A stretch of DNA of 64,000 bases from Nitrosopumilus sp. (GTDB taxonomy: Archaea; Thermoproteota; Nitrososphaeria; Nitrososphaerales; Nitrosopumilaceae). Within the stretch, counting starts at the first letter, position 1, and every line of letters starts with the position of its first letter. The stretch covers positions 1,024,001-1,088,000 of the forward strand of contig OZ250186.1 of assembly GCA_965238275.1 (NCBI GenBank). The letters run 5' to 3'. Positions 10,698-21,059 of this stretch are shown in pieces. The notes under the pieces are model-generated. The model had not been told where the DNA came from and did not search any database. It was given only the letters and a program-made list of their open reading frames with translations. The translations under genes and the position numbers were made by a program.

Positions 10698-10812
10698 TGC
10701 CGGGGGCGGGTTTCGAACCCGCGACCTCCAGATTATGAGTATTGCCTTAGTTGGAGAAACCCTGGAGTTTGCCAATCAAGCTGGCACTCTAACCAGGCTG
10801 AGCTACCCCGGC
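10698..10812 (-). tRNA. tRNA-Met(CAT), probably elongator, with about 40-nt intron in the anticodon stem (approx. 10741-10780)
   Basis: Reverse complement GCCGGGGTAGCTCAGCCTGG...GCCAG|intron|ACTCATAATCTGG...GGTTCGAAACCC. Confidence 0.9.
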
Positions 10813-10947
10813 ACGTTACTTGTGTGAATCCATGGGGAATTAAATGCTACGACTGACAATCCGCTGGGGCCAAAATCACATAACTTTACCCATCATGCGT
10901 CTGACCCTCTAATGTATTCATTCGGGAATCTCTGGCCATTCTAATTT

Positions 10948-12813
10948 CTAGTTTCGAACCCACAGGAATTTCTTTTGCAGGGCCGACGTGTACATCTTCT
11001 CCCATTCCACACTAGTCCATTCATTGAACGTGCGGGGATCGATATAGTTTCGAAGGGACGTGCCAAGGTTGTAGTCTTTGGTCTTCTCTACCAATTCGAT
11101 CTGCATCTCTATCTTCTTGATCTGCATCCTGTATCTTTCCTTCTGCTCTCTGATCTGTTTGTTCAGCATCCTGATTCTTTTGTTCTTGTTCTTCTTCTGG
11201 ATGTCTGTCTTTGGCTCATTGGATCTTACATTTGCCAGCCTCTCCTCAGTCTTTTCCCATGGCTTTTCTTTCTTCTTGTCATTGAGACGGCCCCTCTTTT
11301 TTTGCAGTGACTCCTCAAACGTCTTGGGAATGGTTCTCTTGTGGTTGCATTTTTTGGCAGCCTCAAGGTTTGCCAGTTTTGCATGATGAATCTTCACATC
11401 TGCATTCATTTCCCTTGTTGTATCCAGTTTTGCAAGATAATCCTTGACAACCTTGGTGGCAAGATATGTCCTGAATACCTTGGCAGTCATTCCCGGTACT
11501 ATTTTTGAATAGTATGCATTGACCTGTCTTGATCTGATCTTCCCAAAGATCTTATCCTTTGGCTTCTTCTTGCCAATTATCCTCTTGAGATTCTCCTGAA
11601 ACTGCTTGTCATCACCTTCTGCCTTTACCGTCTCCTGCCATCTTACGCTGTCCTTTCCAAGAAAATCGAATTTTACTGCATCTTTCGTGATGGAGATGTG
11701 CTCCTTTCTCAGGGTAGTGGCGCCTACCGTGTCTGCCTCATCGGGATCCTTCTCGTCGCCGACCCTCATCGCAGTCCTGTAGATAAGATAACACACAGTG
11801 GCAACCGTGCGGGTTTTTTCATCCTTGCTTTTCATGTCACGTACCATACTGTTCCATATCTTGTCAATCTCCTCTCCCAGCATTGTTGCCTTGTCGTATT
11901 TTTCCTTGTCCTTATCCTGCTTTACTCCGGCAGTGTCTGCAAGCCACACATACTTTGTATTTCCTGTAAGGTAGTCTGTCCACTTGGCAAGCCATGTCGC
12001 ATCGTTCTGGGAGACAATCTTGCCCCAATCTCCCTTGGGCACCTCGGCCTTTTTTCCAAGGTTCAGCGTCACATCCTTGAAGTCAATCCGCGGCTTCCAC
12101 CTGCCCCTGAGCGGATGATCGCCCCTTCCGATGAATATTCCAGGCGGCTCTGCCATGTAGTTTGCAATATCCACCTTTTTTCCATCCATGACGGCAGTGC
12201 CGTATTTCTTTTTCAATTTATCCCGTTCTGCATTCTTTTCCCTTACACGCGCCGCTCTCTCTTCTTCTTTCTTTTTTACCAGCGCCGCTCTCTCTTCTTC
12301 TTTCTTTTTTACCAGCGCCGCTCTCTCTTCCTTTATTTTCTTTGCAAATGCCTTTTTTTCCTCCTTTGCCATCTTTGCCATGGCTTCCTTTTCCTCCTCC
12401 CTCTTCTTTGTGCGCGCCTTCTTTTCCTCCTCCCTCTTCTTTGTGCGCGCCTTCTTTTCCTCCTCCCTCTTCTTTGTGCGCGCCTTCTTTTCCTCCTCTT
12501 TCTTCCTCTCCCGTTCCGCCTTTTCCTTGTCAACTATCTCGTAGGCGTCCGAAAAATCGATATCCTTGTAGGATACCTTCCTGAATTTCCGGTTCAGGAT
12601 TTTGGCAAAATCCATTGTAAAGTTTTTTTGAAACACACTGTCTTGCACATACGGGGTGTCCTTCTTTTTTGCCCACTGGTAGATCATCTCTTCCTGTTTG
12701 ATGTCAAGGTCCACCTCCTCTCCACCAATCCTTATCTTGATCCGGCGGGACTTGTATGGCGGCGGGAATCGTATTCCGTTATGCTGCAGGGTTTTCCATT
12801 TCATTCTCTTCAA
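10948..12813 (-). CDS. DNA topoisomerase IB (eukaryote-like, thaumarchaeal)
   Basis: WKTLQHNG, EPPGIFIGRGDHP, MRVGDEK, FDFLGKDS, AKVFRTY, CNH, LGTSLRNYIDPR. Confidence 0.96.
   Translation of the reverse strand: MKRMKWKTLQHNGIRFPPPYKSRRIKIRIGGEEVDLDIKQEEMIYQWAKKKDTPYVQDSVFQKNFTMDFAKILNRKFRKVSYKDIDFSDAYEIVDKEKAERERKKEEEKKARTKKREEEKKARTKKREEEKKARTKKREEEKEAMAKMAKEEKKAFAKKIKEERAALVKKKEEERAALVKKKEEERAARVREKNAERDKLKKKYGTAVMDGKKVDIANYMAEPPGIFIGRGDHPLRGRWKPRIDFKDVTLNLGKKAEVPKGDWGKIVSQNDATWLAKWTDYLTGNTKYVWLADTAGVKQDKDKEKYDKATMLGEEIDKIWNSMVRDMKSKDEKTRTVATVCYLIYRTAMRVGDEKDPDEADTVGATTLRKEHISITKDAVKFDFLGKDSVRWQETVKAEGDDKQFQENLKRIIGKKKPKDKIFGKIRSRQVNAYYSKIVPGMTAKVFRTYLATKVVKDYLAKLDTTREMNADVKIHHAKLANLEAAKKCNHKRTIPKTFEESLQKKRGRLNDKKKEKPWEKTEERLANVRSNEPKTDIQKKNKNKRIRMLNKQIREQKERYRMQIKKIEMQIELVEKTKDYNLGTSLRNYIDPRTFNEWTSVEWEKMYTSALQKKFLWVRN
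12248..12520 (-). repeat. In-frame 33-bp tandem repeats in topoisomerase IB
   Basis: KKREEEKKART about x3 and KKKEEERAALV about x3. Confidence 0.9.
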
Positions 12814-13121
12814 TTTCGATCCTGTGTATGTATATCAACTTAACGTAAAACGTCAAAATAACGCATGGTTACTCCACAAGTGGCGAAAATCCTGGTGCTC
12901 TTGTGGTAGCATGCCTGAAGACGCATGCTGGATCGGCTTACATCACATCATGATGCCGTGCACCCAATTCTGGCGCCATACAAATTCACCCTGCTGTGGA
13001 AAAACATCCAAAACGGTGCGTTTTTCTGTCCGTTGTACGCATCATGTAAAATTCAGGCACAGGCCCACTACTGGATTTTTCGTGCCTATAAGCCAGATTG
13101 GACTAAATTTTTTCCGCGGCA

Positions 13122-13949
13122 CTACCTGGGAAAGAGTTCCTTGCTCATGTATTCTTCAAACTCCAAATCCGTCTTTCCCTCCTTTGCCTGCATGAACATG
13201 GCCGCATCCGCCCCTATCAGGTATCTTGGCAGCATCTTTTGATCATGAATCGCCTTTAAGACGGTCTCTGCAACCTGCGCAGGAGGCGTTCCCATCTCTA
13301 TCATCATTTTTAGACCCATCTGTATGTGGTCAGTCAGTTTCTTGTACTTGGGATCCATGCTCGAGTCCGGCGTTTTCATGGCATCAAGAAAGTTTGTCTT
13401 GACTACTCCTGGCTCAATCAGCGTTGTCCTGATTCCAAACTGGCCAAGCTCATACCTGAGACATTCCCCCAACCCCTCAAGTGCAAACTTTGAACTGATG
13501 TATGCCGGAAAGCCGGGCAGGCCCATTCTTCCTGCAACCGAACTGATGTTTACTATGTCCCCTGAACCCTGTCTTCTCATGACAGGGGCTACTTCCTGAA
13601 TGATTCGCACAATGCTAAAAAAATTCGTCTCAAACTGCCTTCTAAAATCGTCCGTTGATATCTCTTCTGTGCATCCAAACTGTGCATATCCGGCATTATT
13701 TACCAGCACATCGATCCTCTGACAGTCATCCAGGATCTTTCCAATTGCAGACACCACCGATTCCTCCTTGGTTACATCCATCTCGATGATGTTGATTGGA
13801 AGGCCCTCATTCACAGCAGATTCCAGCCCTGAGGATTTTTTGGTATCCCTCATGCTTGCAAACGTATTGTATCCGTCCCTTGCAAGTGCCAGCACCGTCT
13901 TCAATCCTATTCCTGACGAACTTCCTGTCACAAGGGCTACCTTTTCCAT
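13122..13949 (-). CDS. Short-chain dehydrogenase/reductase
   Basis: TGSSSGIG, NNAG, YISSK; start at MEKVALV. Confidence 0.93.
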   Translation of the reverse strand: MEKVALVTGSSSGIGLKTVLALARDGYNTFASMRDTKKSSGLESAVNEGLPINIIEMDVTKEESVVSAIGKILDDCQRIDVLVNNAGYAQFGCTEEISTDDFRRQFETNFFSIVRIIQEVAPVMRRQGSGDIVNISSVAGRMGLPGFPAYISSKFALEGLGECLRYELGQFGIRTTLIEPGVVKTNFLDAMKTPDSSMDPKYKKLTDHIQMGLKMMIEMGTPPAQVAETVLKAIHDQKMLPRYLIGADAAMFMQAKEGKTDLEFEEYMSKELFPR

Positions 13950-14595
13950 GGGTATGCTGTTACCTTGCCATATTATGCTGTTTCGGGTTGTTGCAGTACG
14001 GCTGCTATGGACAAAACAAGCAAAGCTATGCGGCGCATGCCATGACATTCAAAGGAATGGCGGTCTGCTGGTAATACTTCCGGACGAACTCGCCACCTAC
14101 CACCAAAGTCACTGTAAACATGTATGAAAAAGAGCAGGATGCAGGCAGTTATTTTATTGTTCATAGCCCAACTCTCAACGATGTAGAAAATAACAGTGGA
14201 TTTAACGACAGTGCAGATGCCAATAATATAACATGATAAAAAAATCCAACATTCTTTTTTATTTTTTATATTAATATTTTTAAAAATAAGAGATGGAGAG
14301 TCAACACGTGATTATCCTTGGTTACAATCCTCAATTTTAGATTACATCCAGAGCATACAAGAAAAGAACCGTTGGATCTGCAAGAAAATATCCTTGTAGT
14401 AATTTCGGAGGGTTCTGACGATATTAGAAATTATGCGTAATTGATTCTTTTTCTAAATCCTCAAAAATGCGCTAAAACCCTGGTCAAAATCTGTATGCCT
14501 CCAGGCGCATGCCTGAAAATTGGCCATAACATGCATCCATTTAGGCTCTGGTGGATTTTGGTGCTCAGATCACAAAAATTTACCAGATCCCCGGC

Positions 14596-15357
14596 CTATT
14601 CCCCGGAGAGATCCCAATATGTGGCGTCTTCCTGTTTGACGGTAGGGCGTTTTCGGCTCTTCCATTCGCGGAACGATTTTGAGTAAAGCCTTGGGTTTGC
14701 GCCTATTGAGCGCAGTGCGTAATATGCAAGCCCTGAGAGCGTTCCTGCACTCCCACAATACGTTATTACTGAGGATTGTGGCGTGATGCTGCGGTTCCCA
14801 AAGATCCTCAGTAGTTCCTCCTTGTCTCGCAGCACGTTATCTCCGTCTGCCAGCATGCGGTACGGCACGTTGACCGCGTTGGGTATGTGGGATTCGAGAA
14901 AGTTCAGTCTTTCACGGTTGTCAAGCAGCATAGTGCCTTCCGGATGCGCCTCAACATCCTCCAACACGGCCAGGATGGCCGTGTTCGGTTTTACCTCAAA
15001 TCTTGCCGGCGTGACAGCAGGCTCGTCTCCTGCAACAGGCTGCGTGCCAAGCTTCTTCCAGCCCGAATAGGTCTTGTCCAGCAGGGAAACTGCCGGATGG
15101 CCTGCAAGCTCCAGCGTCCATGCGACCCTGGATGCGATCGCCCCATAGGTGTCATCATACACCACAACCGGGTTGTCTGTTCCAACGCCGGCAGAAGATG
15201 AAACCTCGCCTACCTTGGCAGGCGTCTCGTCTGCAATCAGTTCCTTAAGCGGCAGACTGACTGCTCCGGGAATATGACCTTTCAAATAATCGTCTTTTCG
15301 ACGGGAATCGACTATTGTGGCGCCAATGGCATCCGCTATGCTAGTGGTTGCTCTCAT
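14596..15357 (-). CDS. Tandem-domain rhodanese/sulfurtransferase
   Basis: GHIPGA, VVVYD, HIPNA, YCGS active-site Cys. Confidence 0.9.
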   Translation of the reverse strand: MRATTSIADAIGATIVDSRRKDDYLKGHIPGAVSLPLKELIADETPAKVGEVSSSAGVGTDNPVVVYDDTYGAIASRVAWTLELAGHPAVSLLDKTYSGWKKLGTQPVAGDEPAVTPARFEVKPNTAILAVLEDVEAHPEGTMLLDNRERLNFLESHIPNAVNVPYRMLADGDNVLRDKEELLRIFGNRSITPQSSVITYCGSAGTLSGLAYYALRSIGANPRLYSKSFREWKSRKRPTVKQEDATYWDLSGE

Positions 15358-15428
15358 GTTGCATGCTAGTCAAACTTTTTAATAATGGTTACGAAATCCT
15401 CAATATCCCTGATATGGTTTGTTTACAC

Positions 15429-15712
15429 TGGTCCGGTTCCCGCTAGAATAGGAACGATCAGCATTGCACACTTTTTAGCCGTGTCAAGGGAGGTGCAACA
15501 TGGCTGACAAGAAGACAAGGTGGAGCACAAACGAGAAGATCCGGATTGTGTTACAGACATTCAATCCGGAGACCAAGGCTGCCAGATGAGTTTACCCAAT
15601 GCTGGGAGGTGATAAACCCAAAGGAGGTAGCAAACAGATAATGAGAGCAAAGTGTGCAGAAAATGTTGCAAAAAACTATCCTAAAGACAGGGGACCACTC
15701 CAAATACTGCGT
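15429..15712 (+). mobile_element. Internally deleted IS3-family relic
   Basis: TGG...CCA ends; orfA start MADKKTRWSTNEKIRIVL joined to a 3' end homologous to 16441-16557. Confidence 0.6.
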
Positions 15713-15872
15713 GGATTTTGCCATTTTGTAGAAGATCCGCATTCAGACCCCATGCAGGATGGCGTTTTCGATCGAGCATCAGTACAAAAGTGAGGATACT
15801 CAGTCACCACCCGCGTTTGCAGAAGAACCCCTAGTTCTTAATCTTTTTTAGGATGCAGCATGCATGAGATGC

Positions 15873-16004
15873 ATGTCAGATACAAGGCAAGTGGATGACC
15901 TGACCCCTGAGGAGATCAAGGATATTGAGGAATTCAGAAACGGCGATCACGATGGGAAAACAAGAACTCTTCAAGAACTTTTAGAAGAACTCAACGAACA
16001 ATAA
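15873..16004 (+). CDS. Small acidic putative antitoxin (43 aa, not in ORF track)
   Basis: MSDTRQVDDLTPEEIKDIEEFR...TLQELLEELNEQ; stop abuts the toxin start. Confidence 0.7.
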   Translation: MSDTRQVDDLTPEEIKDIEEFRNGDHDGKTRTLQELLEELNEQ

Positions 16005-16005
16005 T

Positions 16006-16323
16006 GTGGGATTTTACCGCGAGTCCAAATTTTTGAAACAGTTCAAAACACTGGATTTGCAAACAAGAAAACGTGTCAATAAGGCATTAGACGAACTTGC
16101 CAATTCTGAAAACCCTTCTGATTCAGGCCCCGCACCACGAGCAGGAACGAGTGGGAGTTTCCCGACATTTACAACGCCTGGGCGCTGGTCCGCCAAACCC
16201 GGCATGCGAGTTTTTGCATACCCTGTTGGGAAATACAGAATACTCTTTAGCATAAGATATTTTGAAAACACGATAGACTTGATGCGTGTCTGTGACCACA
16301 AGTCAGTATACAACAAAGACTAG
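16006..16323 (+). CDS. RelE/ParE-family toxin
   Basis: F.KQFKTLD...VGKYRILF...VCDHKSVY pattern. Confidence 0.78.
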   Translation: MGFYRESKFLKQFKTLDLQTRKRVNKALDELANSENPSDSGPAPRAGTSGSFPTFTTPGRWSAKPGMRVFAYPVGKYRILFSIRYFENTIDLMRVCDHKSVYNKD

Positions 16324-16440
16324 GCCTCTAAGTTTTTCCTGACTGAGCCTGCTGACCCAAACCCGCTTCATCCATGAGTCATGGGTCGACTCAGCGGACG
16401 GGTATGCAGTACAGTCCTTCAAGTAGGAAAAATAATGAAT

Positions 16441-16917
16441 TGGAGTGGATTCTTGTTTTTGGAACCGTTTTTGGCAATATTTTGTTCACACTTTTTACTC
16501 TCATTATCTGTTTGCCACCTCCTCTGGATTCATCTTCACCCAGTGTTTTGCAAGCTCGTCGGGCGTCATGTATCCCATGGCAGAGTGAATCCTGTGCCGG
16601 TTGTAGTATGCAAACGTCTCAAGGAGTACCATCTTGACCTGTCTTGCATCCCTGAATTCGTGCGGCTAGATGTATCCCTTTTTGAGTGTCTTGTGGAACG
16701 ATTCTATGTGTCCGTTTTGTTGAGGTATGCTGAAATGGATGTACTCTAGCTTTGCGCCAAGCACGTCAACGGATTTTCTAAAGTCCCTGCTGGTGTACTG
16801 GGAGTCATTGTCTACCCTTATGGTCATCTTGGATGGTTCAGGACAGTGTGCTACTATGGCGTTGGTGATGGACAAGACTGCACCATACCTGGCATGTTTG
16901 GGAACATTCCTGCTCAT
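16441..16917 (-). pseudogene. IS3-family transposase (orfB) 3' remnant and right end
   Basis: DNDSQYTS, PQQNGHIESFHKTLK, internal stop, then YNRHRIHSAMGYMTP. Confidence 0.8.
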
Positions 16918-19457
16918 ACCAGCGGCCTCTCCCCTTCAACAGGCTCCACAATCTTTGTCTCCTCCCCGCCAATAATCCTCTCAAGAATCTCCAGCGACGC
17001 ATTCTTGTGCAGGTACTCGTTGTTGTTCCCGCATCTGTATGAGAACGTACAGCGGGGGCACCCTGACTCTGCCTTGCATGGGCACTCCCCTACAATGGCA
17101 AATCCCCTCCTGAGCACCTTTTCAAACCTGTCATAGAGGGCCTTGCTGGCACCGCTGCCCCCCACCGCCCCGTCATACACAAAAATCAGACCCGACGTAC
17201 CCAGCGATATGCCGCCGAGATCCTGGGAAACCCCCCCGGTAATCATGTTGCTTCCCTCAATCACCACGTGCTCTGTCGCATGGTATCCGCTGGCCTCTAC
17301 ATACTCTGGACTCTCTGCCGTACCGGCGGATTTGACGGGCCTTGGGGCATGAAAGACGATCCCCTTTGTGACAAAGTCATACTCGATGGGCTCATCTAGC
17401 AGAAACTTTTCCCCCTGGCCAACCTCTTCTCCAAGCCTAATCCTGACATACCCGTAGACTGTCTTTTTGACGTGCAGCCTGCAGAATGCAACCTCGATGC
17501 CGTACACATTCCTCCTCTCCATGACCATCCTGATTGTGGGCCATTCCTCGGTAAGCGCCCTTGTGTGGTATGGGTAATCCCTGGGAATCCTCTCCAGCCT
17601 GGCATGCCTCCCGGCAGCATCAAATTCACTTACCCTGTACTTGGTGCCTGCCAGGAGATAGATGGCGTCCTTGTGCAGCTCCCCCAGCGCAATCGGAAGC
17701 GCCCTCTCTCCCACCTTTTTGCCATCCAAAAGTATGTCTACTGACTCCCCGATTCCCCTGATGCTGTACTGCGCCAGCTGCCGAACCCTGTCCGGAACCG
17801 GAAGTATCCTGTCGTTGGAAACCCTGAGATTCCCCCTCATGATGTGGCCTTCTATGGCGTCCCTGTGCTCTGCCACCTCGTGTACCGATATTGGCATGTC
17901 GCAGGCCATGGCCAGTACCTGAAACTCCTCTATGAACGGGTTGTCCGGATCAACGTAGATCCTCTCGATATCCTCAAAGTAGTCATCAGAATGGTTCCTA
18001 TAGTACTGGGAGATGGGATCGTTCCCAAGCACCAGAAACGCGTACCCGCGCTGTCCCTTTCTTGCCGATCTACCTATTCTCTGGATCAGCCTGTTTACCG
18101 GTACCGCCGATGAGACCACGCAGTCAACGTCTCCAATGTCCATGCCAAGTTCCAGCGTGGGGGTGCACGATATCGCCTGCAGGCTGCCGTCCCTGAACTG
18201 CTGCTCGACTGCCCTCCTGTATCCTGACATCAGGCCCGCCCTGTGAACCCTTATGTCGATCTTTTTTCGCTGCGCCTGAATCGCCAGCAGTTCGGCGTTC
18301 AGGTGGGAGTTGTTGAAGATCATCGTCTTGTGGTGCTGCCTTGTCATCTTTTTTGTAATGTCCGTCATCAGGTTCCTCTGTGACATGAGGGACGGAAACA
18401 GCATTGCAAAGTCTATGCCTCCCCTTCTTCCTGCGCCGCAGATGACACGCATCTCCTGGCCAAACAGCTGACTGCAAAACTCCCCGGAGTTTTCAAGGGT
18501 TGCAGATGCTGCCACGACCTGCAGTTTGTTCCTGCATATTCTCCTGAACCTCTTTATGATGTAGTGCACGTTTGAGCCAAAGATTCCAGAGTAGACATGC
18601 GCCTCATCAACCACAAGAATCCTGGCAGATGCCAGAAGCGATGCAAACCTGGTATGCCTCCACATGTGGTAGTGCAGCACGTCAAAGTTTGTCACTATTA
18701 TCTTGGGAGGATTCCTGATGATCCTGATCCTGTCTGTCTGCGCAGTATCCCCGTCAAACACCTCTGCACCAATCCCCATTGCCCCTGCAAGCTCCCGAAT
18801 CTTTGTAATCTGATCGCGTGCAAGCGCCTTTGTGGGGTATACAAACACCGCAAAGACTCCCGTGCCTGCCTCCCCTGCACTCCTCTGTATCGTGGGAACC
18901 ATGAACGCCTCGGTCTTGCCTGACGCGGTGGGTGCCTCGATGACCACGCTCTGTCCTGCCATGATTCCCGTGATCGACTCCTCCTGAAACCTGTAAAACC
19001 TCTCTATTCCCCTTTCTGCCAGGTGCCTGCAGATGGGCTCGCTCAGGCCAGACTCGTTCACACTGACACCCATGTCCGGTTCGGGGCCTGTCATGTCCCT
19101 GTACTGTGCCACGTAGTACCTGCGCGAGAAGAGTATCCCCCTGACTATCTCATCAGGCTCGGAGTCTTTGATCATTGCGGTAATCTCCTCCCTGCTTCTG
19201 ATCATCTCAAGCTCTTCAAATTTCTGCCCGTCCCCGTCTGTGACCAGTCCCCGGTCAAACCTTGCAAGAAACTCCAGAAATACCTCGTCTGTACTCCCTA
19301 ATGGTTCAACCATGTCTCCGATTCCGCAACTGCTGCATGAGACGTGCATCATCTTGTTGAACGTCTTTTGAATATCCATTCCTGATCTGCATTTGGGACA
19401 GGCAAACTTCACAATATGTGCAGGCAGGGACTGATTTATTGCTATATCTGCTACCAT
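16914..19457 (-). CDS. DEAD/DEAH helicase with C-terminal DUF1998 (Hrq1/MrfA-like)
   Basis: PTASGKT, DEAH, SAT, QRIGRSAR, CPC...GCPRC; true start may be downstream of 19457. Confidence 0.92.
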   Translation of the reverse strand: MVADIAINQSLPAHIVKFACPKCRSGMDIQKTFNKMMHVSCSSCGIGDMVEPLGSTDEVFLEFLARFDRGLVTDGDGQKFEELEMIRSREEITAMIKDSEPDEIVRGILFSRRYYVAQYRDMTGPEPDMGVSVNESGLSEPICRHLAERGIERFYRFQEESITGIMAGQSVVIEAPTASGKTEAFMVPTIQRSAGEAGTGVFAVFVYPTKALARDQITKIRELAGAMGIGAEVFDGDTAQTDRIRIIRNPPKIIVTNFDVLHYHMWRHTRFASLLASARILVVDEAHVYSGIFGSNVHYIIKRFRRICRNKLQVVAASATLENSGEFCSQLFGQEMRVICGAGRRGGIDFAMLFPSLMSQRNLMTDITKKMTRQHHKTMIFNNSHLNAELLAIQAQRKKIDIRVHRAGLMSGYRRAVEQQFRDGSLQAISCTPTLELGMDIGDVDCVVSSAVPVNRLIQRIGRSARKGQRGYAFLVLGNDPISQYYRNHSDDYFEDIERIYVDPDNPFIEEFQVLAMACDMPISVHEVAEHRDAIEGHIMRGNLRVSNDRILPVPDRVRQLAQYSIRGIGESVDILLDGKKVGERALPIALGELHKDAIYLLAGTKYRVSEFDAAGRHARLERIPRDYPYHTRALTEEWPTIRMVMERRNVYGIEVAFCRLHVKKTVYGYVRIRLGEEVGQGEKFLLDEPIEYDFVTKGIVFHAPRPVKSAGTAESPEYVEASGYHATEHVVIEGSNMITGGVSQDLGGISLGTSGLIFVYDGAVGGSGASKALYDRFEKVLRRGFAIVGECPCKAESGCPRCTFSYRCGNNNEYLHKNASLEILERIIGGEETKIVEPVEGERPLV

Positions 19458-19479
19458 TTATTAGACAAGGGCATATTCT

Positions 19480-20259
19480 TTGAATCTAAAAATGACTCAG
19501 ATTGAGACCAACTGCATCTACAACATGGACTGCGTTGACGGCATGGCAATCATTCCTGACGGCACAATTGATCTTGTCATTACGGATCCTCCGTTTGCCA
19601 TAAGGTTTGGCGGAAGAAAGGCAAACTACAACAGGCTGCCCTCAAGGGTGCTCTCCGGATACAACGAGATCAAGGCCGATGACTATTACCGTTTTACCCA
19701 TGAATGGATGACCCAGGCATTCCGGATCCTCAAGGATTCTGGAAGCATGTATGTCTTTTCAGGCTGGAACAACCTCAAGGATATCCTTCAGGCGCTTGAC
19801 GATGTCGGGTTTGTAACTGTCAACCACATCATATGGAAGTACCAGTTTGGGGTAGTCACCAAAAGGAGGTTTGTAACATCCCACTATCACTGCCTCTTTG
19901 TCTGCAAGGACGACTCCAAGAAGCAATTCCATCCGTTCTCCAGATTCGGCAAGGACCAGAGGGAGGACGGGCGGAGCCTCCACTACCGGGACAAGGAGGA
20001 CGTCTGGGAGATCAAGAGGGAGTATTGGCATGGATCTGAAAAGACCCCGACCAAGCTGCCCGCAGATCTGATAAAAAAGATACTGGCATACTCTAGCCGG
20101 GAGCAGGACACGGTGCTGGATCCGTTTCTTGGTTCCGGACAGGTCGCAGTCGTCAGCAAGTCATGCGGCAGGAATTTTGTGGGCTTTGAGATAGTCCCGG
20201 AATATTACCGGTTTGCCAAAAGGAGGCTTGACGAGAACCTGTACAAGATAGACTCGTGA
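19480..20259 (+). CDS. Orphan N4/N6 DNA methyltransferase (beta class)
   Basis: DPPF motif precedes DPFLGSG; no adjacent restriction gene. Confidence 0.9.
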   Translation: MNLKMTQIETNCIYNMDCVDGMAIIPDGTIDLVITDPPFAIRFGGRKANYNRLPSRVLSGYNEIKADDYYRFTHEWMTQAFRILKDSGSMYVFSGWNNLKDILQALDDVGFVTVNHIIWKYQFGVVTKRRFVTSHYHCLFVCKDDSKKQFHPFSRFGKDQREDGRSLHYRDKEDVWEIKREYWHGSEKTPTKLPADLIKKILAYSSREQDTVLDPFLGSGQVAVVSKSCGRNFVGFEIVPEYYRFAKRRLDENLYKIDS

Positions 20260-20281
20260 CGAGACGCTGCACATGATGCAT

Positions 20282-20671
<390 letters not shown>

Positions 20672-21059
20672 GGTGTGTAATGGTCAGGATTAAAATTAAA
20701 TGTAATGTTGCTTGATTGACCGAATCTGGTATGAATCCCCTGGCTCAAAAAAAGGGCGATCCTGCCAGTTCCAGACCCGCGTATCTACGTTGCAGGCTGC
20801 CAAGACCACCGGCAGAAACCGCAATATGCGTAAAATGTTTTTCAGGAATTTATCCAAAATTATGCGGACTGATAATACGCATCCTTCTGGTTGGGTGCCG
20901 GTGGGCCGTCTGGGAATGTCCCGGACAGATTTTGCCATTTTTTATCCGGTCTGCAAAACCGCATATTTCCCGATGCCCGTATCTCACACCCCTCTCACGG
21001 AAACTGCCTGTCTGTGGCATCGGGATTTCGCCATGTATTGTTCTGTGTGGGAATGATTA

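Noticed and set aside
11698-12843. Long antisense ORFs (also 24419-25745, 26315-27118, 46546-47421, 48357-49343)
   Set aside because: Shadows of repetitive or codon-biased genes on the opposite strand.
15588-16557. Novel long-TIR transposon carrying a TA pair
   Set aside because: The inverted repeats are the 3' ends of two IS3 relics.
19480-20259. Helicase plus methyltransferase as a DISARM or RM system
   Set aside because: The genes are divergent, in housekeeping context, with no nuclease or other system genes.
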